64,000 bases of DNA from Chloroflexota bacterium (GCA_027593235.1 JAQCIU010000001.1:27038-91037), one strand, 5' to 3'. Shown: positions 32,706-42,282, counted from the first letter of the stretch. Notes: generated by a model from the sequence alone, not told the origin. Numbers and translations are program-made.

Positions 32706-33011
32706 ATGCTTGCTTCACTTGGCCGCTGGTCATTCAAGAACCCCTGGCTCGTACTCGCGAGCTGGGTCGTCGTGCTGGTCGCCGTCTTCGGCTCCGTCGC
32801 GACCTTCGGCACTGCCTTCAGCAGCGCCTTCGAAATCCCGGACTCCGAGAGCCGCCGCGGCTTCGACGTCCTCGACAGCAACTTTGGCGGGTTTGGCAGC
32901 GGCCAGACCGGTTCGATCGTCTTCCGTACCGACCCGGACCTCGAGGGCGGCGTCGCCAATCCCGAGGTCCGGGCGGCGATGGAGCGGCTCTTCGCTGACG
33001 CCGCCGCCTGA
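32706..33011 (+). pseudogene. N-terminal fragment (101 codons) of an MMPL-family (RND superfamily) transporter gene.
   Basis: MLASLGRWSFKNPWLVLASWVVVLVAVFGS... is the canonical MMPL N-terminus: TM1 followed by the start of periplasmic domain 1. A TGA stop occurs after 101 aa, and the next gene's ATG follows immediately. Intact MMPL proteins are 700-1000 aa. Confidence 0.5.
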
Positions 33012-34367
33012 ATGACCACGCAGGGGAGTAGCAGCATGGCCCGGCCTTCCATCCGTGGCGTCGCGCTCGTCGCGGGTGCCGCGCTGACCGTTTCCACCCT
33101 CGCGCTCGGCTGCACCGCCGACCGCGATCGCGGCACGCCGACGCCCGTCCAATCGCCTACCTCCACCGCTCCCGCGCGCGCGGCGATCCCCACCTCCAGC
33201 GCCACACCCGGCTCGCGCACCGCGAGCCCGAGTCCATCCCCGCGCTCCACCCCTGAGCTGCCCCACCGCGTCACCTTCGCCGCCGGTGCAACCATCGATG
33301 TCGCGAACGCCGTTGTCTTCGCCAACCTCGACACCCTCGAGGCCGAGGCGTGGGTCATCCCCGGAGTTGGCGGAGAGGTTGTCGTCTCTCCAGCCGGCAG
33401 CTACGTGATCTACGCCACCACGGATGGATTCCGCTTGCTACGCACCGATACCGGGACCGTTCGCAACCTCGCGATCGGCGAGTCGCCCGCGGCACTCGGC
33501 CCCGGTGACACGGGTTTCATCGCCCGCGGACGCGATCGCTTCGTCGGTTCCCTCTTCGACGGCCAGGGTCGCTCCCGCCGCGACCTCTGGCTGAGCGACC
33601 CCGATGCACCGTTTGTCGCCTCGTGGGCCCCCGACGGCGAGGCGATCGCGATCGCTCAGATCGGTGGCCAGCTGACAACCGTCGCCGTGACGATCTGGCC
33701 CGAGCTGATGGGCGAACAGAGCGTTTCGTTCCGTCGCCCGGCCGTCGACGCCGAACCGCCATCCCTCGAATGGTCCCCCGACAGCCAGCGTCTCGCCGTG
33801 GTCACCGCGGATGCGGTCACTATGCTCGACCGCGATCGGAGCTGGCTCTGGACCATCGAAGGCGAGTTCTCAGGCAACCCTCGCTGGTCGCCGGAGGGCC
33901 GGTACCTGTCGGTGTTTGCGAAGCCCTCGGTGGTGGCCCGCGACGGCGGTGAGGCCGGCACGGTGTTCGCCACGTACGTCTTCACCAGCGACGGCGACGA
34001 CGTACTCCGCTTTCCGGCCGGCGGCGCCTGCGAAGGCAACCCCTGGTTCGACGCCACCTCCTTCGCCGCCTTCTCCCACCGCGTCTACCTCGACGGCCGC
34101 GTCACCACCTACGAGGGCCCGTCGGCCGACCGTTGGGAGCGTCTCGAGGACCTGGGATTCGAGGTCGGTCCGGACGTCGGTTACCACTGGGCGCACATCG
34201 CCGCTCGCGATGCCTCGCACCGCCTCGAGGACGGCCGGCTCGTCTTCACGACCGTGAACGCGGGCCACGGCGGGTGCGGAGAGGGCAGCCCTCCGACCGA
34301 ATGGCCCGCCGCCGAGGTCGATCGCCCGCCCTACGGCCCCGTCCGCGCCGCTCCCGCTGACCGATAG
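33012..34367 (+). CDS. Secreted beta-propeller lipoprotein (TolB-like WSPDG repeats), hypothetical.
   Basis: Signal peptide with lipobox LALGCTAD and a Pro/Ser/Thr linker. Repeated WAPDGEAIA / WSPDSQRLA / WSPEGRYLS motifs follow. Confidence 0.6.
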   Translation: MTTQGSSSMARPSIRGVALVAGAALTVSTLALGCTADRDRGTPTPVQSPTSTAPARAAIPTSSATPGSRTASPSPSPRSTPELPHRVTFAAGATIDVANAVVFANLDTLEAEAWVIPGVGGEVVVSPAGSYVIYATTDGFRLLRTDTGTVRNLAIGESPAALGPGDTGFIARGRDRFVGSLFDGQGRSRRDLWLSDPDAPFVASWAPDGEAIAIAQIGGQLTTVAVTIWPELMGEQSVSFRRPAVDAEPPSLEWSPDSQRLAVVTADAVTMLDRDRSWLWTIEGEFSGNPRWSPEGRYLSVFAKPSVVARDGGEAGTVFATYVFTSDGDDVLRFPAGGACEGNPWFDATSFAAFSHRVYLDGRVTTYEGPSADRWERLEDLGFEVGPDVGYHWAHIAARDASHRLEDGRLVFTTVNAGHGGCGEGSPPTEWPAAEVDRPPYGPVRAAPADR

Positions 34368-34480
34368 CGAACGTCAGTGATCGATGGTCGTGGACGGCCG
34401 AGACGTGTCGCGAGGGCTGCGATCGGTCAACGGATCAATTACAGGTGTGGTACTGTCGCGGGCGAAGCAGGAGGAAGACG

Positions 34481-34717
34481 ATGGGAGTCCTATCCCGCGT
34501 TCGCAGCATGTTCGGTTCCGGGAAGAGCGCCGCGCCCGCAATTCCCGACGATCACGAGTGTCTGCACGGCACGCTCATGGGCCGGTGGGAACGCCCCGCC
34601 GACATGGGCGACGACAGCAAAGCCACCGCCTTTATCTGCAGCGCCTGCAACGAGAGCTTCTCGCCTCAAGAGGCCACCGAGGTCCGGCGCCGCGCCGTCG
34701 AGCGTCTCCGCCTCTAG
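34481..34717 (+). CDS. Small zinc-ribbon-like hypothetical protein.
   Basis: A 78-aa protein with HECLHG...CSACNE Cys/His pairs. A strong RBS, GGAGGA, lies 5 nt before the ATG. Confidence 0.45.
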   Translation: MGVLSRVRSMFGSGKSAAPAIPDDHECLHGTLMGRWERPADMGDDSKATAFICSACNESFSPQEATEVRRRAVERLRL

Positions 34718-34746
34718 CCGTCTCTTTAGGCTGAGCGACCGGGACG

Positions 34747-36069
34747 CTACGCGCCGCCACCGGCGGCGGTCGCTGCTGCACGCGCCTCGGTGTCCCGCGG
34801 CTCCTCGATCGCCACGTCGCCGGGAGGCGCGGGCGGCGTCGCGAGGATGAAGAAGATCGACCCGAGCCCGGCCATCACCGCCAGGATCGTGAACCCCACC
34901 TCGTAGTTCCCGAAGTGGTCGCGGAGCACGCCGGCCAGCAGCGGTCCGGAGATCATTCCCAGCATCACAATCATCGATGAGAAGCCCATGATCGTGCCGA
35001 AGTTGGTCGGGCCGAAGTAGTCCGCGCGTAGCGACTGCATCAGCGGACCTCGGGCGCCCCAGGCGAGGCCGTGGAAGGGGACGAACGCCCAGATCATCAG
35101 CGTGTTGACCTGGTAGGTCAGCAGCAACAGGCCGATCATGTGACCGGCCATGCAGAGCGTGACGATCGCTCGCTTGTTGAGCTGGTCGCCATAAAACCCA
35201 CCCGCGAGCTGCCCGACGAGCTGCATCACCGGCAGCGCGCCGACGATGAAGCTCGCCCGCTGCAGGCTCATCCCGACAGCGTCGCTGGTTAGGTAGAGCG
35301 AGAGGTGCAGCATCAACGCACCAACTACCAGCAACGCGGAGGCGTGGCCGAGGCTGATCATCCAGAACGCCCGCGTGCGGAGTGCCTGCTTCGCGGTGAA
35401 GTCGACGCGGGTCAGGCCCTCGGGGGCTTCGTAGCCGTCGCCGATCTGGGTCTCGGGGTCGATCCCGTCGGGGAACTCGCCAGAGTCGCGGGGCCGATGC
35501 CGGATGACGAAGGTCAGCGGCATGCCGACGCCGATCACGATCAGCCCGGAGACGAAGGCGGTTGCGCGCCAGCCCTCGCTCTCGAGGAAGAAGACCAGCA
35601 GCGGCGTCATCGCTCCGCCGATCGCGAAGCCAGTTTGTGAAACGGCGAGCGCGCGGCTGCGGAACCGCTGGAACCAGTTGACGAGGGCGGTCGTGACGGA
35701 AAGGAAGCCACCGAGGCTCGCGCCGAGTGACATCAGGAAATAGAAGCCAAAGAACTCGACGAGGCTGTCGAGGGTGGCGAACAGCATGAAGCCGCCGCCC
35801 ATCATCAGGATTCCGATCTGCATGATGCGGCGCGGGCCGAAGCGGTCGATCATCCAACCCTGGAGCGGGCCGAGCATGCCGCTTTCGGCGCGGGTCATGG
35901 CAAAGGCGATCGAGAGGGTGGTGGTGGACCAGCCGAACTGATCGCGGAGCAGGACGGAGTAGGAGCCGAAGGCCTGCATGAAGAGGCCACTCTGCATGGC
36001 CTGGATGGCGGCGCCGGCGCCGACGATGCGCCAGCCGTAGAACTTGAGGCGGGTACGCACGGAGTTCAT
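34747..36069 (-). CDS. MFS transporter.
   Basis: A 440-aa protein with 12 predicted TM helices. The start was set at MNSVRTRL. The upstream 100 codons of the listed ORF are low-complexity. Confidence 0.8.
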   Translation of the reverse strand: MNSVRTRLKFYGWRIVGAGAAIQAMQSGLFMQAFGSYSVLLRDQFGWSTTTLSIAFAMTRAESGMLGPLQGWMIDRFGPRRIMQIGILMMGGGFMLFATLDSLVEFFGFYFLMSLGASLGGFLSVTTALVNWFQRFRSRALAVSQTGFAIGGAMTPLLVFFLESEGWRATAFVSGLIVIGVGMPLTFVIRHRPRDSGEFPDGIDPETQIGDGYEAPEGLTRVDFTAKQALRTRAFWMISLGHASALLVVGALMLHLSLYLTSDAVGMSLQRASFIVGALPVMQLVGQLAGGFYGDQLNKRAIVTLCMAGHMIGLLLLTYQVNTLMIWAFVPFHGLAWGARGPLMQSLRADYFGPTNFGTIMGFSSMIVMLGMISGPLLAGVLRDHFGNYEVGFTILAVMAGLGSIFFILATPPAPPGDVAIEEPRDTEARAAATAAGGGA

Positions 36070-36196
36070 CGGTGGGCGAGCTTTCTTCGCCCGCGCCTGA
36101 CGTGAGGAACCGTCGCCCTTGGAGCGGTGCAACTCGCTGGCGACGCGGCGGGGGATGTCCGCGGTTCGCGGCGAGCGAGGCGAGGGCGGGGTCCGT

Positions 36197-38761
36197 TCAC
36201 TCAGCTCCGCTCGCTGCGAAGGCGCGGCACTTGATGGCGCGTTCGAGGTCGTCGTTCGCCTCGCGGAGCTTGCGCTGGAGTAGCGGGAGCCGATCGCCGA
36301 GGGAGTCGAGCAGCGCCTGCGAGCGTTCGAGGATTGCCGGGTCGACCGCGGACGGGAAGAGGCGTCCAAAGAAGAGCGAGGCCGGCTCGTTCTCGGAGGT
36401 CTCGAAGACGTTGGTGATCACCTCGAAGAAGCGTTCGACGTACGGCTCGAGCAGGTCGCGCTGCACCCACCACTGGAAGCCGCCCATGGCGGCGCCGGTG
36501 AGGTGGAGCGAGCCGTAGCCGTCGCCGAGGAACTTGTCCCAGGCGGCAGCCTTGACCGCGGCGTCGGGGACGGAGACCTCCGCGAGGAGCATCTGGCGCT
36601 GGCCGCGGTCGGAAGGATCGCGGGCCCGTTCCCCGTCGAGGCGGGACTGAGCGCCGGGGAGGCCATAAGCGACATAACGTTCGGCAATCGACCAGCGCAT
36701 GTCCTGGTCGACGTTGAGGCCGGGGACGGAGATGGCGCCGTCGGCGAGACGGCCGCACTGCTCGATGTCCGCCGGGCTCAACGCGAGGCCGAAGAGCGCG
36801 CGGGCCCAGATGATCTGCAGATCGGGCTCGGTGGCGTCGCTCAGTACATGCCAGGCGAGTTCGAAGGCGTCGTGGGCCGCCGCGGCCTTCTGGTCCTCGG
36901 GGACGTAGCGGGCGACGGTGGCGTTCATCGTGGCGATCGTGGAGTCGACCAGTTCCTGGTCGGTCTCGGTGGCGATCTTGGCGCCGGCGAGGCTGAGGTA
37001 GTCAGGCGCCCGGAGCTGCTGGTCGCGGACCATGTTCCACAGCGACTGCCAGATGAGCTGGCGGAGCAGCGGGTCGTCGATGTCCTCAAGGCGTGCACGC
37101 ACGAAGTCGAGCGACGCATCGTCGAGCGCGGTCTTGGCGAAGCCGTGGTCGTTGTAGTTCGGGAAGACGAAGTCAGGCGTGGCCATGCCGACGGCGTCGG
37201 GGACGTCGGCGGTAGCGGCCTCGATGACTGCGGGCAGTGCCTCGATGACGATTGCGCCGCCTTCATCGCGAGCGAGCGCGACCTCGACGGTGTGCGGGCG
37301 CAGCGTCGGGTAGTCGGCGGGCGCGGACTGTTCGAGGGTCATGGCGCTGATGCGCTCGCCGTCGGTCTCCCAGGTGGTGGCGATGGTGTTGAGCGAGGCC
37401 GTCTCGAGCCAGAGCTGGGCCCAGGCGTGGAGATCGCGTTCGTCGCCAACCGAGCGTGCGCCGGCCTCGAGGGCGTCGAGGAACTGGACCAGCGTGGTGT
37501 TGCCGTAGGCGTGGCGCTGGAAGTAGGTGCGCATGCCGTTGCGGAAGCCCTCGAGGCCGATTGTGGCGACGAGCTGCTTGATGACGGCGGCGCCCTTGCC
37601 GTAGGTGATGCCGTCGAAGTTCAGGAAGGTCTGGTCCGTATCGGCGACTTCGCCGGCGATCGGGTGCGTCGTGATGAGCTGGTCCTGGCGGTAGGCCCAG
37701 TTCTTCATGCCGGCGTTGAAGGTCTGCCACGCGCTGTCGAAGCGGGTGGCGCTGACCAGCGCGAGGTACGACATGTAGGTGGCGAAGCTCTCGTTCAGCC
37801 ACAGATCGTTCCACCAGCGCATGGTGACGAGGTCGCCGAACCACATGTGCGCCATTTCGTGGAGGATCACCTCGGCGCGGTTGAGGCGCTGGTTCTCGGT
37901 CGGCGGGTCGCGGAAGACGAAGACCTCCGCGAAGGTCACGGCGCCGACGTTCTCCATCGCGCCGGCGTTGAACTCCGGGACGAAGATCTGGTCGTACTTG
38001 CCGAAGGGGTAGGGGTAGTCGAAGAACTCGGCGAAGAAGTCGAGGCCCTGCTTCGTGACGTCGAACAATTCGGCTTCGTCGATATGCGGGACGAGCGACT
38101 TGCGGGCGAAGAATCCGAGGTCGATGTCGCCGTGGGTGTCGCGGAAGGCGTGGTACGGACCGCAGATGAGGGCGAAGAGGTAGGTCGCGAACTGCTGGGT
38201 GCGCGCGAAGTCGTGGCGGATACGGCCGTCGGGAAGAGTCTGGCGAGTGGCCTCGGCGCTGTTGGCGACGACTTCCCATTCGGCGGGAGCGGTGACGCTG
38301 ACCTGGTAGCTGGCCTTGATGTCCGGCTGATCGAAGCCGGGGAAGAGCCGGTGCGCGCTGTACGGCTCGCAGTTGGTGTAGAGGTACTCCTCGCCGTCCT
38401 CGGGGTCCTTGAACTGGTGGAAGCCGTCGCCGGTGTGGTCGTACTCGTTCTCGTAAACGACGTGGACGACGTTGTCGGCGGCGAGCAGTTCCGCAGCGAG
38501 GGTGAGGCGGTGCCCGTTCCAGTCCGGGGCGGCGATTGTCTGGCCGTTGACCTGGAGGCTGACGATTTCGTCGCCGGTGTGATCGAGGAAGGTGGCGCCG
38601 TTGCCGCTGCGGGCGAAGCGGATGGTGCATTCGCCGCGATAGCGGGGGGCGTTGCGGGTGAGATCGAGCGAGAGGTCGTAGGCGACGCCGGAGATGGTGG
38701 CGGCGCGCGCCTCCGCATCGATCTGCGTCAGGACGTCGCGGGTGGCCGGCTCCGTGGTCAT
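36197..38761 (-). CDS. pepN: Aminopeptidase N (M1 family).
   Basis: HEMAHMWFGDLVTMRWWNDLWLNESFATY contains the zincin HExxH-x18-E motif, and the GAMEN motif is present as GAMEN. The product is about 855 aa. RBS GAAGGA lies before the ATG encoding MTTEP. Confidence 0.9.
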   Translation of the reverse strand: MTTEPATRDVLTQIDAEARAATISGVAYDLSLDLTRNAPRYRGECTIRFARSGNGATFLDHTGDEIVSLQVNGQTIAAPDWNGHRLTLAAELLAADNVVHVVYENEYDHTGDGFHQFKDPEDGEEYLYTNCEPYSAHRLFPGFDQPDIKASYQVSVTAPAEWEVVANSAEATRQTLPDGRIRHDFARTQQFATYLFALICGPYHAFRDTHGDIDLGFFARKSLVPHIDEAELFDVTKQGLDFFAEFFDYPYPFGKYDQIFVPEFNAGAMENVGAVTFAEVFVFRDPPTENQRLNRAEVILHEMAHMWFGDLVTMRWWNDLWLNESFATYMSYLALVSATRFDSAWQTFNAGMKNWAYRQDQLITTHPIAGEVADTDQTFLNFDGITYGKGAAVIKQLVATIGLEGFRNGMRTYFQRHAYGNTTLVQFLDALEAGARSVGDERDLHAWAQLWLETASLNTIATTWETDGERISAMTLEQSAPADYPTLRPHTVEVALARDEGGAIVIEALPAVIEAATADVPDAVGMATPDFVFPNYNDHGFAKTALDDASLDFVRARLEDIDDPLLRQLIWQSLWNMVRDQQLRAPDYLSLAGAKIATETDQELVDSTIATMNATVARYVPEDQKAAAAHDAFELAWHVLSDATEPDLQIIWARALFGLALSPADIEQCGRLADGAISVPGLNVDQDMRWSIAERYVAYGLPGAQSRLDGERARDPSDRGQRQMLLAEVSVPDAAVKAAAWDKFLGDGYGSLHLTGAAMGGFQWWVQRDLLEPYVERFFEVITNVFETSENEPASLFFGRLFPSAVDPAILERSQALLDSLGDRLPLLQRKLREANDDLERAIKCRAFAASGAE

Positions 38762-38988
38762 GGCGGTTCCTTCGATCACTCCCGTGCACGTCAGCGTGAA
38801 CTACGCATGGTAGTACCGCGTCGCGGTTGCGAGCACGGCGCGTGGAAATGACGAGGCCGCGCCGACGCGAGAAGGGCGCGATTGCCGCCGGATCGGGCTC
38901 GCGTGGGCGCCGCGCGCGGCACGAGGGTCTCGTCAGTCCTGTAGATTACGGGCGATATCAACTAATCCCGCACATGCGAGGGGGAGCG

Positions 38989-39402
38989 ATGGCTTCAGCA
39001 GACGAGATCCGTGGGCGCATTGACGCGGGGCGCGCGGCGCTCAAGGCGGCGCTGGAGGCGGCCGACGCCTCGAAGTGGGAACAGGTCGGCGCCGGAAACG
39101 ACGAATGGACACCGCGAAAGATCGCTGAGCACGCGATTGGCGCGGAACGCGGCATCGCGGGCGGTGTCGCGGGCGCGATGATGGGCAAAGCACCGGAACG
39201 CCTGGAGCTGGCGCTGACGACGCCGGCCGAGGCGATGGCGGCGCTGGAAGCCGCCGTGGCCGACGTGAACAAGGTGATCCGCTACGTGGAGGACCGCGAC
39301 CTGGAGAAGAAGGTGGGGGAGAGCTCCACGATCCAGGGGATGATGGAGATCCTGGCGTCTCACGCGGCCGATCACGCGAACGAGATCACGGCTTCGGCCT
39401 AA
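38989..39402 (+). CDS. DinB_2-family (mycothiol-dependent enzyme-like) protein.
   Basis: A 137-aa helical-bundle protein. RBS GGGGGAG. The upstream extension of the listed ORF is low-complexity. Confidence 0.5.
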   Translation: MASADEIRGRIDAGRAALKAALEAADASKWEQVGAGNDEWTPRKIAEHAIGAERGIAGGVAGAMMGKAPERLELALTTPAEAMAALEAAVADVNKVIRYVEDRDLEKKVGESSTIQGMMEILASHAADHANEITASA

Positions 39403-39666
39403 CAACCCGCCGCGTCCGGTAGCGCTGCGTGCCGCCTCGTGGGGGGTGGTGCGCGGCTGCTGCGGTCCGTGGCGCGCATCGCGTCTTGCCGGCCACGTTT
39501 CGAGGAGCCGCCTTGAGACGCTCGGCTGCGGGCATCCAGGACATCATCGTCCGAGCGGGTGCTCCAACCCCGGGCTCCCCGCGAGCTGTGGGGGTCCACG
39601 GCACCTGCCATCGGTCTCTGCTCTCGGGCGCGCAGTCCGTTGCAGGGTCATGCGTGCGGTGCGTGG

Positions 39667-40416
39667 CTACTCGTCGGTCGAGGGGGGCGCGGACGGGCGT
39701 GTCCCCGCGCGGGGAGGTGTGCCCCGCTGCGGGCGGAAGCGGATGCCGGCGACCGCGATCAGCGCGGCGGCAAGGCCGAACCATGTGAGCGCGTATTCCA
39801 TGTGCGGGGTCGTGTTGGCGAAAGCGGCGTAGCGCTGGACCGGGAGGATCCCGTCCGGCGTGGCGTCCCAGGCGGTCCGTTGGCCCTCGATCACGATCCA
39901 GGGGAGGACGTCGTAGGGGAGGGTGACGCCCATCGCGATGGGGTCGATGCCGGTCCAGGTGCCGGCGGCGGTCTGATGCGCGGATCGGGTGTGCACGCTG
40001 ATCAAGCCGTCGATGATGGCCGGCCGCGCGGCGAGCGCGGCTTCGGCGGCGGCACGTTGGCCGTCCGGGTACCAGCCGCGATTGACGAGGATGGCGGGGC
40101 CGCCGGGGGCGATCAGCAGCGGGACCACCAGCTCCTCGCCCTTCGTATCGAAGCGCGCGCGGTTCGCGAGGACGAAGGATCGATCGGTGTCCCAGGCGGC
40201 GGCGTCGCCGAGGCGGCGGTAGTCGAGCTGGTCGAGGTCGAGGGCGCGCGCGTCCTCGATGGAGAGCGCGGCGTCGTCGGTGCGGGCGTTGCGTTCGGCG
40301 ACGAGGCCCTGCTTCCAGTCGTTGCGCTGGAGTTGCCATACGCCAAGGCCGAGCAGCAAGACGATGACGGCGCCGATCAAGGCGAGCAATACGGGCGCGG
40401 GCAGGCGCAGCGTCAT
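39667..40416 (-). CDS. SURF1-family cytochrome oxidase assembly protein.
   Basis: N-terminal TM helix followed by GVWQLQRNDWKQGL (the SURF1 signature), plus a C-terminal TM helix. Confidence 0.75.
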   Translation of the reverse strand: MTLRLPAPVLLALIGAVIVLLLGLGVWQLQRNDWKQGLVAERNARTDDAALSIEDARALDLDQLDYRRLGDAAAWDTDRSFVLANRARFDTKGEELVVPLLIAPGGPAILVNRGWYPDGQRAAAEAALAARPAIIDGLISVHTRSAHQTAAGTWTGIDPIAMGVTLPYDVLPWIVIEGQRTAWDATPDGILPVQRYAAFANTTPHMEYALTWFGLAAALIAVAGIRFRPQRGTPPRAGTRPSAPPSTDE

Positions 40417-40589
40417 CGGTGTCTGGACCTCACTCGCGGCGGTAGTGTCTCAGTCTGGTGTTCGCGCGGGGCGGCAGCAAGCGAGGATGCGAGCGGGGAG
40501 CAAGCGGGCCGGTCGAGACCGTCCGCATCGGCACAACCAGACGGGGTTGGTAGGGTGCGGGGGTAGGCCGGAACCTGTCGCGTGGCGTC

Positions 40590-40620
40590 GGATCCGTGAA
40601 ACACTGCTGAAACGATCGCA
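40590..40620 (+). promoter_or_regulatory. Candidate GlnR/OmpR-type direct-repeat binding site in the glnII leader.
   Basis: GTGAAAC-actgct-GAAAC: two GAAAC half-sites with 6-nt spacing. This resembles the actinobacterial GlnR b-sites. It lies about 170 nt upstream of the glnII ATG. Confidence 0.3.
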
Positions 40621-40768
40621 CCATACGCTCGCGCCTGCCGATATCTTCGCGGGCAGCGAAGCGGCGGTTGTTCCGGGATGCTCGGGACAACCCTCGATGG
40701 ATCGGATCGTGATCGAGTCAGGTTGATCGCCGCGCTCCGGCGCGGTTCGTTTCGAGTTCGCAGGAGGG

Positions 40769-41797
40769 GTGCGCATGCCATACCGGGCTGAATACATCTG
40801 GATCGACGGGACCGTGCCGACGGTTGAATCGGGCTTCGTCGGACCGCTCGTTCGGTCAAAGACGAAGGTGCTGGCAGACGGCGAGGAGCCGGGTATCTGG
40901 GGCTTTGATGGTTCAAGCACGAACCAGGCACCAGGTGCGAACTCCGACTGCGTGCTGAACCCCGTGTACGCCTGCCCGGATCCAGTCCGCGGCGGAGACG
41001 ACGTGCTGGTGCTGTGCGAGGTGCTGCTGCCAGACATGACGCCACACCCGACGAACACGCGTCGCGGTTGCGTGGCGGTGGCGGAGAAGTACGCCCACCA
41101 CGAGTCGTGGTTCGGCATCGAACAGGAATACACCTTCTTTAAGGACGGCCGACCGCTTGGCTGGCCGGCCGCCGGCTACCCCGGTCCGCAGGGTCCGTAC
41201 TACTGCGGCGTGGGCGCAGACGAGATCTGGGGTCGCGACGTTGTCGAGGCGCACACGACCGCTTGCATGGAGGCCGGGATTCAGATCGCCGGCACCAACG
41301 CCGAGGTGATGATGGGGCAGTGGGAGTTCCAGATTGGGCCAGTCGGCCCGGTCGAGGTCTCCGATCAGCTCTGGGTCGCCCGCTGGCTGCTGTACCGCGT
41401 CGCCGAAGAGTTCGACATTGTCGCGACGCTGAACCCAAAGCCGATCCCAGGCGACTGGAACGGCGCAGGCGCGCACACGAACTTCTCGACGAAGTCGATG
41501 CGCGAGTCGTACGAGCCGATCGTGATCGGCGCGGAAGCGCTGGGTAAGAAGCACGATCTGCACATCACGAACTACGGCGCTGGTATCGATCAGCGGCTGA
41601 CCGGTATGCACGAGACCGCTCCGTGGACGGAGTACAGCTACGGCGTCTCCGACCGCGGCGCCTCGGTCCGCATCCCGTGGCAGACGGCTCGCGATAAGAA
41701 GGGCTACCTCGAGGATCGTCGCCCGAACGCGAACATGGATCCGTACACGGTCACCCGACTGGTCACGGACACGATCTGCGAAGCCCTCGACGCCTAA
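40769..41797 (+). CDS. glnII: Glutamine synthetase type II (eukaryote-like GSII).
   Basis: A 342-aa protein containing AEYIWIDG, the GS signatures (GPYYCGVGAD, NPKPIPGDWNGAGAHTNFS) and the ATP-binding region. Confidence 0.9.
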   Translation: MRMPYRAEYIWIDGTVPTVESGFVGPLVRSKTKVLADGEEPGIWGFDGSSTNQAPGANSDCVLNPVYACPDPVRGGDDVLVLCEVLLPDMTPHPTNTRRGCVAVAEKYAHHESWFGIEQEYTFFKDGRPLGWPAAGYPGPQGPYYCGVGADEIWGRDVVEAHTTACMEAGIQIAGTNAEVMMGQWEFQIGPVGPVEVSDQLWVARWLLYRVAEEFDIVATLNPKPIPGDWNGAGAHTNFSTKSMRESYEPIVIGAEALGKKHDLHITNYGAGIDQRLTGMHETAPWTEYSYGVSDRGASVRIPWQTARDKKGYLEDRRPNANMDPYTVTRLVTDTICEALDA

Positions 41798-41840
41798 CCC
41801 CCTTCGGGGGGTGACGACGCTTCGCGCCTCGTTGGCGTGG
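41798..41840 (+). repeat. Stop-adjacent UUCG-hairpin element, copy A (plus orientation).
   Basis: It follows the glnII TAA directly: CCCCCTTCGGGGGG TGACGACGCTTCGCGCCTCGTTGGCG. Confidence 0.7.
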
Positions 41841-41860
41841 GGTTGCGGTAGGAACACTGA

Positions 41861-41891
41861 GGCGGGGCCGCAAGGCCCCGCCTTTCTTTTC
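41861..41891 (+). terminator. Canonical rho-independent terminator downstream of glnII.
   Basis: A 9-bp GC-rich stem, GGCGGGGCC/GGCCCCGCC, with a GNRA loop GCAA, followed by TTTCTTTTC. Confidence 0.8.
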
Positions 41892-42237
41892 GCCCTTCGC
41901 GGGATCGGTGTTCAGCCGCTGGAGCGGAGGCACGGCTGTGGGGCGGGCACCCGCCCTCTGTCCGCTCCAGCCCCCAGCCCCCAGCCGCGCTTCGCGGTCG
42001 CGTTCTGAGCGACGCCTAGGCCACGTTCCGTTCTTTTCGGCCCTGCCTCCCGCCGCCGCGACGGGTGTCGTAGTCGCGCCAGTTGCGGCGCAGAGCAGTC
42101 GCGCCCTGCGTCGCAGCGCACAGCGTGGCAGCGCCCACTGAGCGGGTGAGTGGCAGCGCCCACTGTGCGGGTGCGCGGCCCTCGAGGGGTGGGCCGCGGC
42201 GACCGAGGGCGTCCCGATCCGGACACCCTCGGTCGTT

Positions 42238-42282
42238 GGTTCAACGGCAACGGGCGCGAAGCGTCGTCGAGCCCCGAAGGGG
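42238..42282 (-). repeat. Stop-adjacent UUCG-hairpin element, copy B (minus orientation, inverted relative to copy A).
   Basis: Read on the minus strand from the ech TAG: CCCCTTCGGGGC TCGACGACGCTTCGCGCCCGTTGCCG. It is about 90% identical to copy A. Confidence 0.7.

Noticed and set aside
36201-38851. Several long ORFs (36503..38851 plus strand 782 aa; 37263..38789 minus strand 508 aa; 37936..38718 minus strand) overlapping pepN.
   Set aside because: Low-complexity RG/RP-rich or V/G/D/E-rich translations. The pepN frame carries the HExxH-E and GAMEN motifs.
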